DNA from: Candidatus Micrarchaeota archaeon
Lineage (GTDB): Archaea > Micrarchaeota > Micrarchaeia > Anstonellales > Bilamarchaeaceae
NCBI GenBank assembly: GCA_043827025.1
Contig: JBDRPL010000024.1
Location: 1-62,930 of the forward strand
Direction: 5' to 3'
DNA: 62,930 bases
In this document: positions 29,934 through 40,303 of the stretch, in pieces
Layout of the letters: every line of letters starts with the position of its first letter
How positions within the stretch are numbered: position 1 is the first letter of the stretch
The notes under the pieces: generated by a model
Seen by the model: the letters and a program-made list of their open reading frames with translations, nothing else
Told to the model about the DNA's origin: nothing
Databases searched by the model: none
Translations under genes and position numbers: made by a program

Positions 29934-31397
29934 CTATTCAGCATTATCTATTTGTGCTTTTTGTAATTTGCCAGAATAATCAAAATAAACCGCCTTGGTT
30001 TCAGAGAACTCATGAATCCCTTCTATTCCAGCTTCTCTTGTACCATTTCCAGTTCCTTTAACTCCTCCAAAAGGCAAATGAACCTCTGCACCAATGGTAC
30101 TGGAATTGATATATGTTACCCCAGTATCAACTTTGTTAATTACTTCAAAAGCATTTTTCATATCTTTAGTATAAATCGAAGAACTTAAACCATATTCGAT
30201 GCCATTAGCAACTTCAATTGCCTGTTCTAGGCTATTAATTGAAATAATAGAAACAACAGGTCCAAAAATTTCTTCTTGACAGATCCTCATATTTGGTTTT
30301 GTGTCTGTGAAAACAGTTGGTTGATGAAAGAAACCTTTTCTATCTAATCTTTTTCCTCCACTTAGCAGATTTGCCCCTTCATCTAAACCAATTTGAACAT
30401 ATTTCTCTGTTTTTTCTAAAGCTTTTTTATTAATCAATGGTCCCACCTGGGCACCATCAACAGAAGAACCTACGGTTAATGCTTCAGCTCTTTTTTTAAG
30501 TAATTTTTCAAATTGATTTTTTACTTTCTCATGGATAATGACTCTGCTGGAAGCAGTACATCTTTGGCCAGTTGTACCAAACGCACCCCAGATAGTTCCA
30601 TCAACTGCTAATTCTATATTAGCATCATCCATGACAATAATTGCGTTTTTTCCACCTAATTCTAAACCTATTTTCTTAACTCCTGCTTTTTGAGTTAGTT
30701 TTTCTCCAGTTTCTTTTGATCCAGTAAAGGATAATCCATAGATTTTCTTATTTGTAATGATTTCCTCTCCTACGACGGAACCTGAACCAGTAACAAAATT
30801 AACAACTCCTTTTGGCAATCCTGCCTTTTCCAATACTTTTACTAGTTCTACAGCACACAATGGAGTGTCTGAGCTTGGCTTAAACACAACTGCATTTCCG
30901 CAGATTAGTGCTGGAGCAAGTTTCCATGCTGGAATGGCCATTGGAAAATTCCATGGACAGATTAAACCAACAACCCCAATTGGCCGTCTAATAGTCATAC
31001 AAAATTTATCATGCAATTCACTTGGAGTAGTATGTCCGAACAATCTTCTTCCTTCAGCTGCCATATATTCAAAAACATCAATTGCTTCTTGAACATCCCC
31101 TAGAGCTTCAGGCATCGCCTTACCCATTTCCTTTGCAACAAGCAAACCTAACCTTTGTTTTTCTTGCCTTAATAGTTCGGTTATTTTAAACAAAACCTTT
31201 CCTCTTTCTGGAGCAGGAGTTGCACTCCATTTCGGGTAAGCGTCCTCTGCAGCATCTACTGCTCTTTTTACATCTTCCTTAGAACTTTTTGGGAACTCTG
31301 CTAAAATTTCTTCTGTTGCAGGATTGATAGTTTCAAAAGTCTCTCCTGAATCTGAGTCAATCCATTCCCCATTAATATAAATTAAATGTTTTTGCAT
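29934..31397 (-). CDS. NAD(P)-dependent aldehyde dehydrogenase
   Basis: PWNFP; FTGS; LELGGKN; TTGQRC (catalytic Cys); EEIFGP. Confidence 0.95.
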   Translation of the reverse strand: MQKHLIYINGEWIDSDSGETFETINPATEEILAEFPKSSKEDVKRAVDAAEDAYPKWSATPAPERGKVLFKITELLRQEKQRLGLLVAKEMGKAMPEALGDVQEAIDVFEYMAAEGRRLFGHTTPSELHDKFCMTIRRPIGVVGLICPWNFPMAIPAWKLAPALICGNAVVFKPSSDTPLCAVELVKVLEKAGLPKGVVNFVTGSGSVVGEEIITNKKIYGLSFTGSKETGEKLTQKAGVKKIGLELGGKNAIIVMDDANIELAVDGTIWGAFGTTGQRCTASSRVIIHEKVKNQFEKLLKKRAEALTVGSSVDGAQVGPLINKKALEKTEKYVQIGLDEGANLLSGGKRLDRKGFFHQPTVFTDTKPNMRICQEEIFGPVVSIISINSLEQAIEVANGIEYGLSSSIYTKDMKNAFEVINKVDTGVTYINSSTIGAEVHLPFGGVKGTGNGTREAGIEGIHEFSETKAVYFDYSGKLQKAQIDNAE

Positions 31398-31552
31398 AAA
31401 AAAATACCCCCTACTAAATTCTGCTAAATTCTGTTATATATAATTTAAACTATAAAAAGGTTAAGTAATCCAAAGTTAATGTATTAGAAGATGGTTTTGG
31501 ATGTGTTTATCCAATAAAAACCTTTATATTTAGTTTAGAATTAAATCATTTT

Positions 31553-32038
31553 ATGTTATTGCCAAAACAACATCTGAAACACCAGGAGCTTATGGGACAA
31601 ATACATGAAAGCCAATACCAACCTGCTGGAATTGATATTACGCTTAAGACCATACATGCATTCGCAAATGCTGGAAAGATAGATTTTGACAATTCTGAGA
31701 GAAAGGTAAGCGATGTACAGGAATTGCAGTATGAGAATGAGCAGATTTTCCTGCCTACTGGCGCCTACAAGGTGATTTTCAATGAATATGTCAAGATACC
31801 TAGCGATGCAGCTGCTTTTTGTTTTCCAAGGTCGTCACTCCTCAGGTGCGGTGTGACATTAGAGTGTGCAGTCTGGGACCCTGGCTATGAAGGGAGAAGC
31901 GAGGCTATGCTTGTTGTTAGAAACGCGCATGGCGTGACCCTCAAGAAAAATGCAAAGATAGGACAGATGGTTTTCATAAAACTGGCTGAGGCTGCAAATC
32001 AATTGTATGAAGGGAAGTATAAGGGAGAGAACAAATAA
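31553..32038 (+). CDS. trimeric dUTPase / dCTP deaminase family
   Basis: QPAGID; PRSSLLR; WDPGYEG. Confidence 0.9.
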   Translation: MLLPKQHLKHQELMGQIHESQYQPAGIDITLKTIHAFANAGKIDFDNSERKVSDVQELQYENEQIFLPTGAYKVIFNEYVKIPSDAAAFCFPRSSLLRCGVTLECAVWDPGYEGRSEAMLVVRNAHGVTLKKNAKIGQMVFIKLAEAANQLYEGKYKGENK

Positions 32039-32114
32039 TTCGACAGCCATCAAACCCGAATCCAGATAGCACAACGTTTTTATTCCTGCAGATGGATATC
32101 CTAGCGGGATAATT

Positions 32115-33722
32115 ATGGCAGATGAGAAGAACCTAGAAAACAACATCAAAAAGATAATTGAGATTAGTGCTAACAAGAAGAATAAAACCGCCAAAGGAAC
32201 CAAGAAAGACAGTGAATACTTTGAAAATCTTCAGAGTGAGGCATTGAACAAGGGAAAGGCACTTGAAAGAGATGGAAAATATTCCAATGCCATCAAAGCA
32301 TACACTGATGCCATTGAACTTGTCAGACAGGCAGGAAAAACAGTCAGGCCAGACGTTATTTTCAGGAGAGGATATTCCTATGGCGAGATAGATAGCTCTG
32401 AAAAGGCACTTGAGGACTATCTTGAATATATTAAATTCAAACCTAATGATAATGTTGCTTATAACAACGCTGCTCTGGCATATTGCAAAAAGGGCATGCA
32501 TGAAAAGGAATTCGAATTCCTGAAGAAATCAGTTTTACTCAATCCAAAATATGCACTAGCTTACAGGAACATGGCAATCTGCTATAGAGACAGAAGCATG
32601 TATAAAGAAGCCCTGGAATGTGCAAACAAGGCAGTTGAACTGGAACCGAATGATTCGGAGAACCACAGTATAAAAGCAGGAATATATGAAAAAATGGGCG
32701 AAAAGGAAAAGGCAATAGACGGATTCGAAGCAGCGCTTGATCTTAACAAGAATAATAAATATGCAAGCGAATCCCTCAGTGGCTTGAAGAAGGGGGATAA
32801 GGCCTTGAGCGAATTCAATTTCCAGGTCCCACAAAGAAATTTCGTGGATGTGGCTGGACAGGACGACCTGAAGAGGTGGGCAAAGGCAAATGTTCTTGCA
32901 CCTTTGCAGAACAAGGAACTTGCTGCGAAATACAACAAGCGATTCGGAGGTGGGCTTATGATGTATGGCCCGCCAGGATGCGGAAAGACCTATTTTGTAT
33001 CTGCATTGGCAGGTGAAGCAAAAATCAAGTTCATAAAAGTCAAGATCAGCAATATAGTTGACCTGTGGCTTGGGAATACGGAAAAGAATATAGAAAAACT
33101 GTTCAGAAGTGCAAGGAAAAACAAGCCATGTATTGTATTCATTGATGAGATTGATGGTTTGGGCTCAAAAAGATTCGGTGGCCCTAGCACCAGCTATTCA
33201 GACCAGGCAGTGAACCAATTTTTAATGGAACTCACTGAATTGGAAGAAAGCAATGAAGAAATATTGGTGGTCGGTGCTACAAACGCCCCTTGGAATGTTG
33301 ATGAGGGTTTGAAAAGAAGCGGAAGAATAGGGAAGATGATATATATACCTGAACCAGGTGAAGAAGCAAGGGTAGAACTGTTCAAGATGTACCTTGCAAA
33401 AGTCCCTATAGATAAAACTGTCAACGTGGAAAAGCTTGCGAAGAAGGCAACGCATTTAGCAGCTTCGGATGTAAGGGCAATCTGCGAAACAGCAAGCGGA
33501 ATTGCATTTGAAAAGGCATGTGAATCCAAGAATCTTGTGCCTGTCACACAGAAAATGCTGGAGGAAGCAATTGCAAATGAACGCTCTGACGTACTTGAAT
33601 GGTATGACCATGCTACCAAAATGATAAGCGATATTGAAATGCGTGAGTTCTATCCTCAACTGTTCGATGACCTTGAAAAACTGAAAGGCGGACAGAAAAC
33701 AGAGAAAAAGATGTATGGATGA
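32115..33722 (+). CDS. TPR-repeat AAA+ ATPase
   Basis: Several TPRs; Walker A GPPGCGKT; Walker B FIDEID; SRH ATNAPWNVD...RSGR. Confidence 0.92.
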   Translation: MADEKNLENNIKKIIEISANKKNKTAKGTKKDSEYFENLQSEALNKGKALERDGKYSNAIKAYTDAIELVRQAGKTVRPDVIFRRGYSYGEIDSSEKALEDYLEYIKFKPNDNVAYNNAALAYCKKGMHEKEFEFLKKSVLLNPKYALAYRNMAICYRDRSMYKEALECANKAVELEPNDSENHSIKAGIYEKMGEKEKAIDGFEAALDLNKNNKYASESLSGLKKGDKALSEFNFQVPQRNFVDVAGQDDLKRWAKANVLAPLQNKELAAKYNKRFGGGLMMYGPPGCGKTYFVSALAGEAKIKFIKVKISNIVDLWLGNTEKNIEKLFRSARKNKPCIVFIDEIDGLGSKRFGGPSTSYSDQAVNQFLMELTELEESNEEILVVGATNAPWNVDEGLKRSGRIGKMIYIPEPGEEARVELFKMYLAKVPIDKTVNVEKLAKKATHLAASDVRAICETASGIAFEKACESKNLVPVTQKMLEEAIANERSDVLEWYDHATKMISDIEMREFYPQLFDDLEKLKGGQKTEKKMYG

Positions 33723-34109
33723 TTAAGCCAGAGAAAAACCATTTCCACGAATAAGGCCAGCAAATGAAAGAGGTGCCAGGGCATCGAAGAAATTATCCTG
33801 GCCTTTGGAATGGAGGACAATGGAATCTCCAACATCAGTTTTGATGATTTTGAAATCGTATTCAATATTTTCCCATTTTTCTTTTCCGAATTTGATTGAA
33901 ATGGAAAACTCTTTTTTTGATTCTTTCCAGATGAATTTCTGGACTTCTGTGCCAGACATTCCGCTGTAGCTTGTGCGTTCACCTTTTCCATCGGAGTAGA
34001 AAGTCCAGGACTCGCCCATCACGGCATTGAAAGTGCCCTGCTGAGTAGTCCAACTGGCAATTAGATTGTGCCTGAACCTTTCTTTCATGCTTTCGAGTGT
34101 GAATTTCAT
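33723..34109 (-). CDS. hypothetical protein
   Basis: 128-aa ORF, beta-rich composition. Confidence 0.55.
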   Translation of the reverse strand: MKFTLESMKERFRHNLIASWTTQQGTFNAVMGESWTFYSDGKGERTSYSGMSGTEVQKFIWKESKKEFSISIKFGKEKWENIEYDFKIIKTDVGDSIVLHSKGQDNFFDALAPLSFAGLIRGNGFSLA

Positions 34110-34126
34110 ATGTCTAACCTATGTAC

Positions 34127-35101
34127 TTAATCATTCTTTAATTTAGTGTCCAGTATTGCATTAATTTTCGCTTCGATCTCTGGAAGTTCTTGTTTGGATC
34201 TTGCACGGTCCCATCCATACTGAATCTGAAGCCTCAATTCAACCAGCACTTTAATGAATTGATCTGCTTCAGGAGAATAACGCTGTTCTCTAGGAAGAGT
34301 ACATGCAGCTTCCGAAGAGATCTGGCTAACTAGTTGGTAATAAGTCCTAACATCAAATGGACCGAATTTAGCATAACGATACCTTTCTTTAAGGTTATTT
34401 AGCTCAGGATGCTCCTTAAAAAGATCAATCAAAGTGCCCATGCGCTCACACATTCCCTTAAGTGCAAGCAATGCACAGGTGATGTCCTTGTAAACAAACA
34501 TTCCTGGATCTTCGAATTGTATTTTAGGCAAATGTGGGATGCTAGGATCAGCAATGCGAAGAGGCCTAATGCTTGCCTCTAAATCTGCTATAACATCGAT
34601 AGGTGTGAAACGTTTTGGGTCAACAGACAGTTCCTCTCGTTCAATCTGATCTTTTTTTGGACGAAACTGGGCGAAGTGCCCATAATCAAATGCAAAATAA
34701 AAGTGCGTATCTGGCAATTTAGGCAAAAGAAGATCAGATGCCTTAAATCCTGCCACATCAGGACTATAGTTTGATGGGCCTCTGAAAAAAGTGTAGATCT
34801 CCGTTTGTCCTTCGAAAAAAGGATTGCCACGTGGAACGCCAAAGTATCCACCAAGTTCACCGCCTCGCAATCGACTAATTGCACAAAAGTAAGCACCTCG
34901 TTCAAAAAATAACTGGTCTGGTTCAGACTCCCATGCTTTGGCACTTCGTTTTGCAGGTCTTTCGAGATGATCTATCAAAACATTGACAAGGGAATTATTA
35001 TGGCCATTTGCAATAAGAAAATGGCAAATATCCCTATGGCTACCGTTTCTGGCAAGGGCACTAACTTGTACAGGAGTTATTGTATTAATTATAGTCGCCA
35101 T
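34127..35101 (-). CDS. hypothetical protein
   Basis: 324-aa ORF; GYFGVP..NP and FAFDYGH segments, family not recognised. Confidence 0.65.
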   Translation of the reverse strand: MATIINTITPVQVSALARNGSHRDICHFLIANGHNNSLVNVLIDHLERPAKRSAKAWESEPDQLFFERGAYFCAISRLRGGELGGYFGVPRGNPFFEGQTEIYTFFRGPSNYSPDVAGFKASDLLLPKLPDTHFYFAFDYGHFAQFRPKKDQIEREELSVDPKRFTPIDVIADLEASIRPLRIADPSIPHLPKIQFEDPGMFVYKDITCALLALKGMCERMGTLIDLFKEHPELNNLKERYRYAKFGPFDVRTYYQLVSQISSEAACTLPREQRYSPEADQFIKVLVELRLQIQYGWDRARSKQELPEIEAKINAILDTKLKND

Positions 35102-35149
35102 ATGTAAATTATTGTGTATAATAAAGCTTATAATACCAATTTATTGCTT

Positions 35150-36406
35150 CTAGCCAGGAAGTTTTAAATAGAAACTCTTGTTCTTCAGCCTTTTTTCCAA
35201 TTCTGCCACGGGATCACGTTTCTTTAGCTTGTCAAGATTCTGTGCAACCTGTTTATACGCCTCGCGGAATGAAACTCCCTTCTTCACCAAGTCATAGGCC
35301 TCGTCTGCTGCAAACAATCCCGGTGTGCATGAATCAATGCACTTCTTTTCATTGACAATTATTCCATTGATTTGGATTTGCATTACTTTCAACGTGTCAA
35401 TTGCAAGAATAAGGCCTTTCATTGTTGGCTCCTTTACTACCTGGGTTTCTTTGACATACCCAGAATTGGTTCCTGAAATTGCGTTCTTCACAAGGAATTC
35501 GTACGACAGCATAACGGACGCATTTCCCTTGACCAACTCAGCAACATCTGCATTCCTCTTCTGAGGCATTATGCTTGAGCCTGTACTAACTTCTGATGAC
35601 AAACTAAAATATCCGAACTCGCTTGTCGAAAACGTGATAATATCTTGGCACATCTTTGCCAAGTCAAGCATCATCTGAGATAAGGAATTGAGAATAACAG
35701 ACTCAAACTTACCCCTGCTGTTCTGGCAATACAGAACATTGTTCTGTGCCTTTGAAAAACCAAGAAGCTTTGCTGTGTATTCACGATCGATTTGCTCAGG
35801 AATGCCATAACTTGCACCGCTACCCAATGGACATTGATCGTTTAGCTCATACGCATTTTCGAGGACTTTCAGGTCATCCATCAATGACTCTGCAAATGCC
35901 CCTGCCCACAACCCAACAGATGAAAGCATTGCTTTCTGCATATGAGTATATCCAGGCATTGGAACTTTTTCGTGCTTCTTTGCAAATTGGACAATAACTT
36001 TGATTAGATTTACGAGTTCGCTCTTGACCTCGCCGATTTTTTCTTTATTATAGAGTCTTGAATTCACAAGAAGCTGGTCATTCCTTGAACGATAGGTGTG
36101 AATCTTCTTTCCAAGCTCGCCAAGCTTTTGCACAAGATGATTCTCGACTTTCGTATGAACATCTTCATCCTGCAAAGAAAGAACAAATTGGTTTTGTTCG
36201 TCCAATTGTATGATGCCTTGCAATGTAAAAACAAGCTTGGTTAATTCACTATCATTCAAAATCCCAATCTTGCTAAGCATCTTTGCATGGGCAATGCTAG
36301 CCAAACACTCGTACTTCACCAATTGCTGGTCAGCCCAAAGGTCACTAAAGAGATATTTCTCAACCTCTTTATTAACATCAGAGCCTTTGTTCCAGAGTTT
36401 TGCCAT
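35150..36406 (-). CDS. argH: argininosuccinate lyase
   Basis: EDVHT; RSRNDQ; PGYTHMQ; GSSIMPQKRN. Confidence 0.95.
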   Translation of the reverse strand: MAKLWNKGSDVNKEVEKYLFSDLWADQQLVKYECLASIAHAKMLSKIGILNDSELTKLVFTLQGIIQLDEQNQFVLSLQDEDVHTKVENHLVQKLGELGKKIHTYRSRNDQLLVNSRLYNKEKIGEVKSELVNLIKVIVQFAKKHEKVPMPGYTHMQKAMLSSVGLWAGAFAESLMDDLKVLENAYELNDQCPLGSGASYGIPEQIDREYTAKLLGFSKAQNNVLYCQNSRGKFESVILNSLSQMMLDLAKMCQDIITFSTSEFGYFSLSSEVSTGSSIMPQKRNADVAELVKGNASVMLSYEFLVKNAISGTNSGYVKETQVVKEPTMKGLILAIDTLKVMQIQINGIIVNEKKCIDSCTPGLFAADEAYDLVKKGVSFREAYKQVAQNLDKLKKRDPVAELEKRLKNKSFYLKLPG

Positions 36407-36436
36407 GCATTTTCACCACATATCTTGTCCAACAAA

Positions 36437-37687
36437 TCAAACTTCGTACTTCTTCCCTTGCTTGTCAAGTATTGCCTTGTGCGCCATTAAGCGAATGGCA
36501 TTTATCTTAATAAATCCTTCAGCATCCTTCTGATTATAGCCTCCTTCAATGTGCATGCTTGACAATTCAGGATTGTACAATGAACTAGGAGATTCACGAC
36601 CCATGATAATTACATTTCCCTTGTACAATGAAAGATAAACAATACCATCGATCAATTCCTGGCTCTTGTTAATTGAAGCCATTAGAAATTCCATCTCCGG
36701 AGAATACCAGAACCCATAGTAAACGATTTCTGCAAACTTAGGACTAAGCATATTTCTCAAACGCATGACTTCACGATCCATTGCAATTCCTTCAATATCC
36801 ATGTGCGCTTGCATAAGAATAGTTGCACCTGGATTTTCATAGACTCCGCGGGACTTGATGCCAACAAAACGGTTTTCGACCATGTCAACGCGTCCAATTC
36901 CGTTCTCAGCTCCAACACGATTCAAATATTGGAACAATTCCAATGGATCGGTTTTGATAATTTTATCTTCCTTGTTAACCACTTTGACAGGAATGCCGTC
37001 CTTGAAATGTATTTCAAGATTAGTATGCTTATCTGGCGCATCTTCAGGCGCTTTAGTCCATTCAAAAATGTCTTTTGTTGGCGCAAGCTTTGGATCTTCA
37101 AGAATTCCGGCTTCATAGCTTATGTGCATCAAATTTGCATCTGAGCTATAGGGCTTTTCATGCGTTGCAGTGATTGGGATGCCTTTTTCCTTTGCATAAT
37201 TAATCAAATCAGGCCTTCCCTTGAACTGATCTAGGAATTCTGGGGTTTTCCATGGTGCCAATACTTTGATTTTGGGATCCATTGCATAGTAGGTCAATTC
37301 AAATCGTACCTGGTCATTGCCCTTGCCTGTTGCCCCATGAGAGACATAATGCGCACCTTCCTTTTTTGCGATTTCCATCTGCTTTTTTGCAATGATTGGT
37401 CTTGCCAAGGAAGTCCCTAAAAGATATTTATGCTCATAAATGGCGTTGGCCTTGATTGCTGGAAATATGAAGCCAGTGACGAACTCTTTCTTGAGATCTT
37501 CGATGTAGACTTTTGATGCACCTACTGTCAATGCCTTTGCCTTTGCAGCCTCAAAGTCTTCCTTCTGCCCAACATCTGCAATGTAAGCAATAACATCATA
37601 ACCCTTGTCAATAAGCCATTTGAGGATGCATGATGTATCTAGTCCACCGGAATATGCTAAAACTACTTTTTCTTTTGTCTGTGTCAT
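36437..37687 (-). CDS. argG: argininosuccinate synthase
   Basis: [38 protein letters not shown]. Confidence 0.97.
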   Translation of the reverse strand: MTQTKEKVVLAYSGGLDTSCILKWLIDKGYDVIAYIADVGQKEDFEAAKAKALTVGASKVYIEDLKKEFVTGFIFPAIKANAIYEHKYLLGTSLARPIIAKKQMEIAKKEGAHYVSHGATGKGNDQVRFELTYYAMDPKIKVLAPWKTPEFLDQFKGRPDLINYAKEKGIPITATHEKPYSSDANLMHISYEAGILEDPKLAPTKDIFEWTKAPEDAPDKHTNLEIHFKDGIPVKVVNKEDKIIKTDPLELFQYLNRVGAENGIGRVDMVENRFVGIKSRGVYENPGATILMQAHMDIEGIAMDREVMRLRNMLSPKFAEIVYYGFWYSPEMEFLMASINKSQELIDGIVYLSLYKGNVIIMGRESPSSLYNPELSSMHIEGGYNQKDAEGFIKINAIRLMAHKAILDKQGKKYEV

Positions 37688-37812
37688 AATAAATCACCTG
37701 TTGTTTTTGAATAATGTAACCCATTGCCCCAAAAATGGTATTTAAGCATTGCGTAAGATTTGTTACAAATTGGTAATAAAATGTTCTATTTATAACAATA
37801 ACCTACTCTGAA

Positions 37813-38664
37813 TCAAAGATTCAGAGAACCCGCATAGACAAGTTTTGGCTCTCCGGACAGATAAGCGTCATTTCCTGAAAAATCGACAAAAAGCTTGCCA
37901 CCGTTAACACTCACCTCGATAAGACTATGATTCAATAGTCCAAGTTTAATAACTATGAATGCAGAGCAACAGCTCCCGGTACCACAAGCCTCTGTCTCTT
38001 CAAAGCAACTTCTTTCATAGGTCCTTAGTCGAATTTTGTTTTCTCCAACAACCTTGACAAGATCCACATTCATGCCTAATGGAAACACAGCCTTGTTTTT
38101 GTTTATAATGTCTCCAAGTCCCTTAAGATCTGCATTTTCTAGATCCTCGTCAACTATCACAAGGTGAGGTTCACCTGCATGAACTACGCTTCCGAAGACG
38201 GTTTTACCCTCACCTAAAGGAATATGAACCTCCAGATTTCCTTTATCTGACAGAGAAAAGAATCTCTTGACATATTGACATTCAAAACTGATAGCACCAA
38301 GCTTTAATTTGAAGATGTTGGCACTTATCTTTTCCACTTTGGATATTCCGCCCAGCGTTTCTATCAAAACCAAATCTGTGCCCAATTTTTGGCATAAGTA
38401 CTTCCCGACACATAGTAGGCCATTTCCACAATTTTCACCTTCTATGTCACTGACATTATATATTCGCATAAAAGCATCTGCATTGCTCGAACTATGCAAA
38501 TAGAGTACATTATCAGCACCAACCCCGTACTTATGGATCATCAATTTCTTTGTAGCCTCTTTAATCTGCCCGCATCGGTTGTCGCCCAGATCAAGGTCAT
38601 CAACGAGTATAAAGTCGTTTCCACAATTCTGGTACTTGAGAAATTCGATTTTCACATAATTCAC
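37813..38664 (-). CDS. diaminopimelate epimerase-like (DapF family), divergent
   Basis: GNDF; CGNG; GEPH; RTYER; ACGTG. Confidence 0.85.
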   Translation of the reverse strand: MNYVKIEFLKYQNCGNDFILVDDLDLGDNRCGQIKEATKKLMIHKYGVGADNVLYLHSSSNADAFMRIYNVSDIEGENCGNGLLCVGKYLCQKLGTDLVLIETLGGISKVEKISANIFKLKLGAISFECQYVKRFFSLSDKGNLEVHIPLGEGKTVFGSVVHAGEPHLVIVDEDLENADLKGLGDIINKNKAVFPLGMNVDLVKVVGENKIRLRTYERSCFEETEACGTGSCCSAFIVIKLGLLNHSLIEVSVNGGKLFVDFSGNDAYLSGEPKLVYAGSLNL

Positions 38665-39561
38665 CTACTCCCTAACCAAAGGAAGTGAACAACACCTGAA
38701 CGAACCTCCTGTTTTTGGAGCTTCATTGAACTGTATTGGGATGACCTTCACACTATCCTCGGTAAGGAGTTGATTTACTCGGGTTGAACTATCCCTAGAA
38801 ATCACCAAATTATGTGATAGGGAAAGAATGTTGATTGCAAGCTCCTGCTGTTCTTCACGAGTCACTTCTATAAGGCGATACATTGCACTCATCATAGGTG
38901 GGACATATTCAAATCCATCCGGGTAATAAAATGCAGAATAGTACGTATGCAAATTAAAGACCCCAAAATTTCCAAAAGGAAGGAATGCACAATCCAGATG
39001 CAATATGTCCTCTCCATCACCTAAGGATTTCAAATGAACAGGCACCACTTGATAGTCTGGAAAATGCTCCTGAAGAAACTGCGCTCCTTTCATAGTAGTA
39101 CGTTGGCTGATTCCAACAAAAATAATTCCCTTGTCAAAGACGACGTCACCGCCTTCCAAAACAATCCCTCCAGGGACTTTCAGGATCTTGGCAGGATCCA
39201 TTGTTTCCAGTACAGGCCCTAACCCAAGGAATTCGTTTTTCCTGCTTGCCTTGGCCATTCCTGAAATCACTAAGGTGTCTCCGATGACAAATGCGATGTC
39301 CCTTGGGGTAAGCTGATCAGGAACACCTTCAACAGGGCATAACTCCAAGACCTCAACCCCATGCTTTTCCATGGCATCCTTAAATGCCTTGAACTCCGGC
39401 TGAAGAGAAGCAACTGTAGGCTTGTTTTTTCCGCCATAAGAAACCCTTTGCTTCTCATTAACTATTTCTGGAGCTACCGAATGAAAGTTATGGGGACAGC
39501 CAATGACCACTTTCTTCAGTTTCCCAGTTTCAGATTTAACATTCAATTTTAGAGATGACAT
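38665..39561 (-). CDS. amidinotransferase / arginine deiminase / DDAH superfamily protein
   Basis: SETGKLKKV; PRD; LEGGD; LHLDC; GGSFRCCS. Confidence 0.9.
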   Translation of the reverse strand: MSSLKLNVKSETGKLKKVVIGCPHNFHSVAPEIVNEKQRVSYGGKNKPTVASLQPEFKAFKDAMEKHGVEVLELCPVEGVPDQLTPRDIAFVIGDTLVISGMAKASRKNEFLGLGPVLETMDPAKILKVPGGIVLEGGDVVFDKGIIFVGISQRTTMKGAQFLQEHFPDYQVVPVHLKSLGDGEDILHLDCAFLPFGNFGVFNLHTYYSAFYYPDGFEYVPPMMSAMYRLIEVTREEQQELAINILSLSHNLVISRDSSTRVNQLLTEDSVKVIPIQFNEAPKTGGSFRCCSLPLVRE

Positions 39562-39653
39562 AAAAACCACTTGTAACCATGCGTTCAAACTAATTAATAA
39601 AAATTGCGAAGTTTGTGTTATGTTTATATTATATTATGTTCCAAATATAACAT

Positions 39654-40283
39654 ATGAAAAAAGGCAAAACATCAGAAAAATCAGCTGAGAAGACATCGGA
39701 GTTAGTTTGGCTTTACATCAAGAGGCGTCCATTCCTCAAAGGACTGATAATCGAAGGCGTGGTGAATTATTCTTCGCTTGCAAGGAAAATCTGCATCGAA
39801 GGATTCGGCGACCTCAAGAAATTCGATGCTGTGAAGATGGCGTTGCAAAGGCTAATGGGGAAAATGGCAAAAAAGGAAGAAGGAATCGAAGGAAAGGTCC
39901 TGAAAGTCCTGAAGGACAGCTCAATCACGATAAAGAACAAGGTTGCAGTTGTCATTTCTTCCAAGGAAATCGAATCAATAAAGCCAATCTCCCAGGTCCA
40001 AAGCAGGCACTTCATCACTTACATAATTAACCAATCAGATTTGGCAAACGTAAGAAAGGCAAAAACCATCTGGAAGATAGAGGACACGCTTAATTTAATT
40101 ACTATACAGAGCAGTGAGGAGATAGAGACGACGCCTGGAATAATCTCAACAATACTGAACTCGCTTGCATTCGAGGGTATAAATGTGGTTGAATTCATAT
40201 CCTGCTATACAGATACGCTTCTGGTTGTCAAGGAATCGGATACTGCACTGGCTTATGAAGTGCTGAGCTCGATTACAAAATAG
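39654..40283 (+). CDS. putative regulator with C-terminal ACT domain
   Basis: VNYSSLARKI; TPGII; GINVVEFISCYTD. Confidence 0.75.
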   Translation: MKKGKTSEKSAEKTSELVWLYIKRRPFLKGLIIEGVVNYSSLARKICIEGFGDLKKFDAVKMALQRLMGKMAKKEEGIEGKVLKVLKDSSITIKNKVAVVISSKEIESIKPISQVQSRHFITYIINQSDLANVRKAKTIWKIEDTLNLITIQSSEEIETTPGIISTILNSLAFEGINVVEFISCYTDTLLVVKESDTALAYEVLSSITK

Positions 40284-40303
40284 GATGAAAATTAGATGGA
40301 ATG

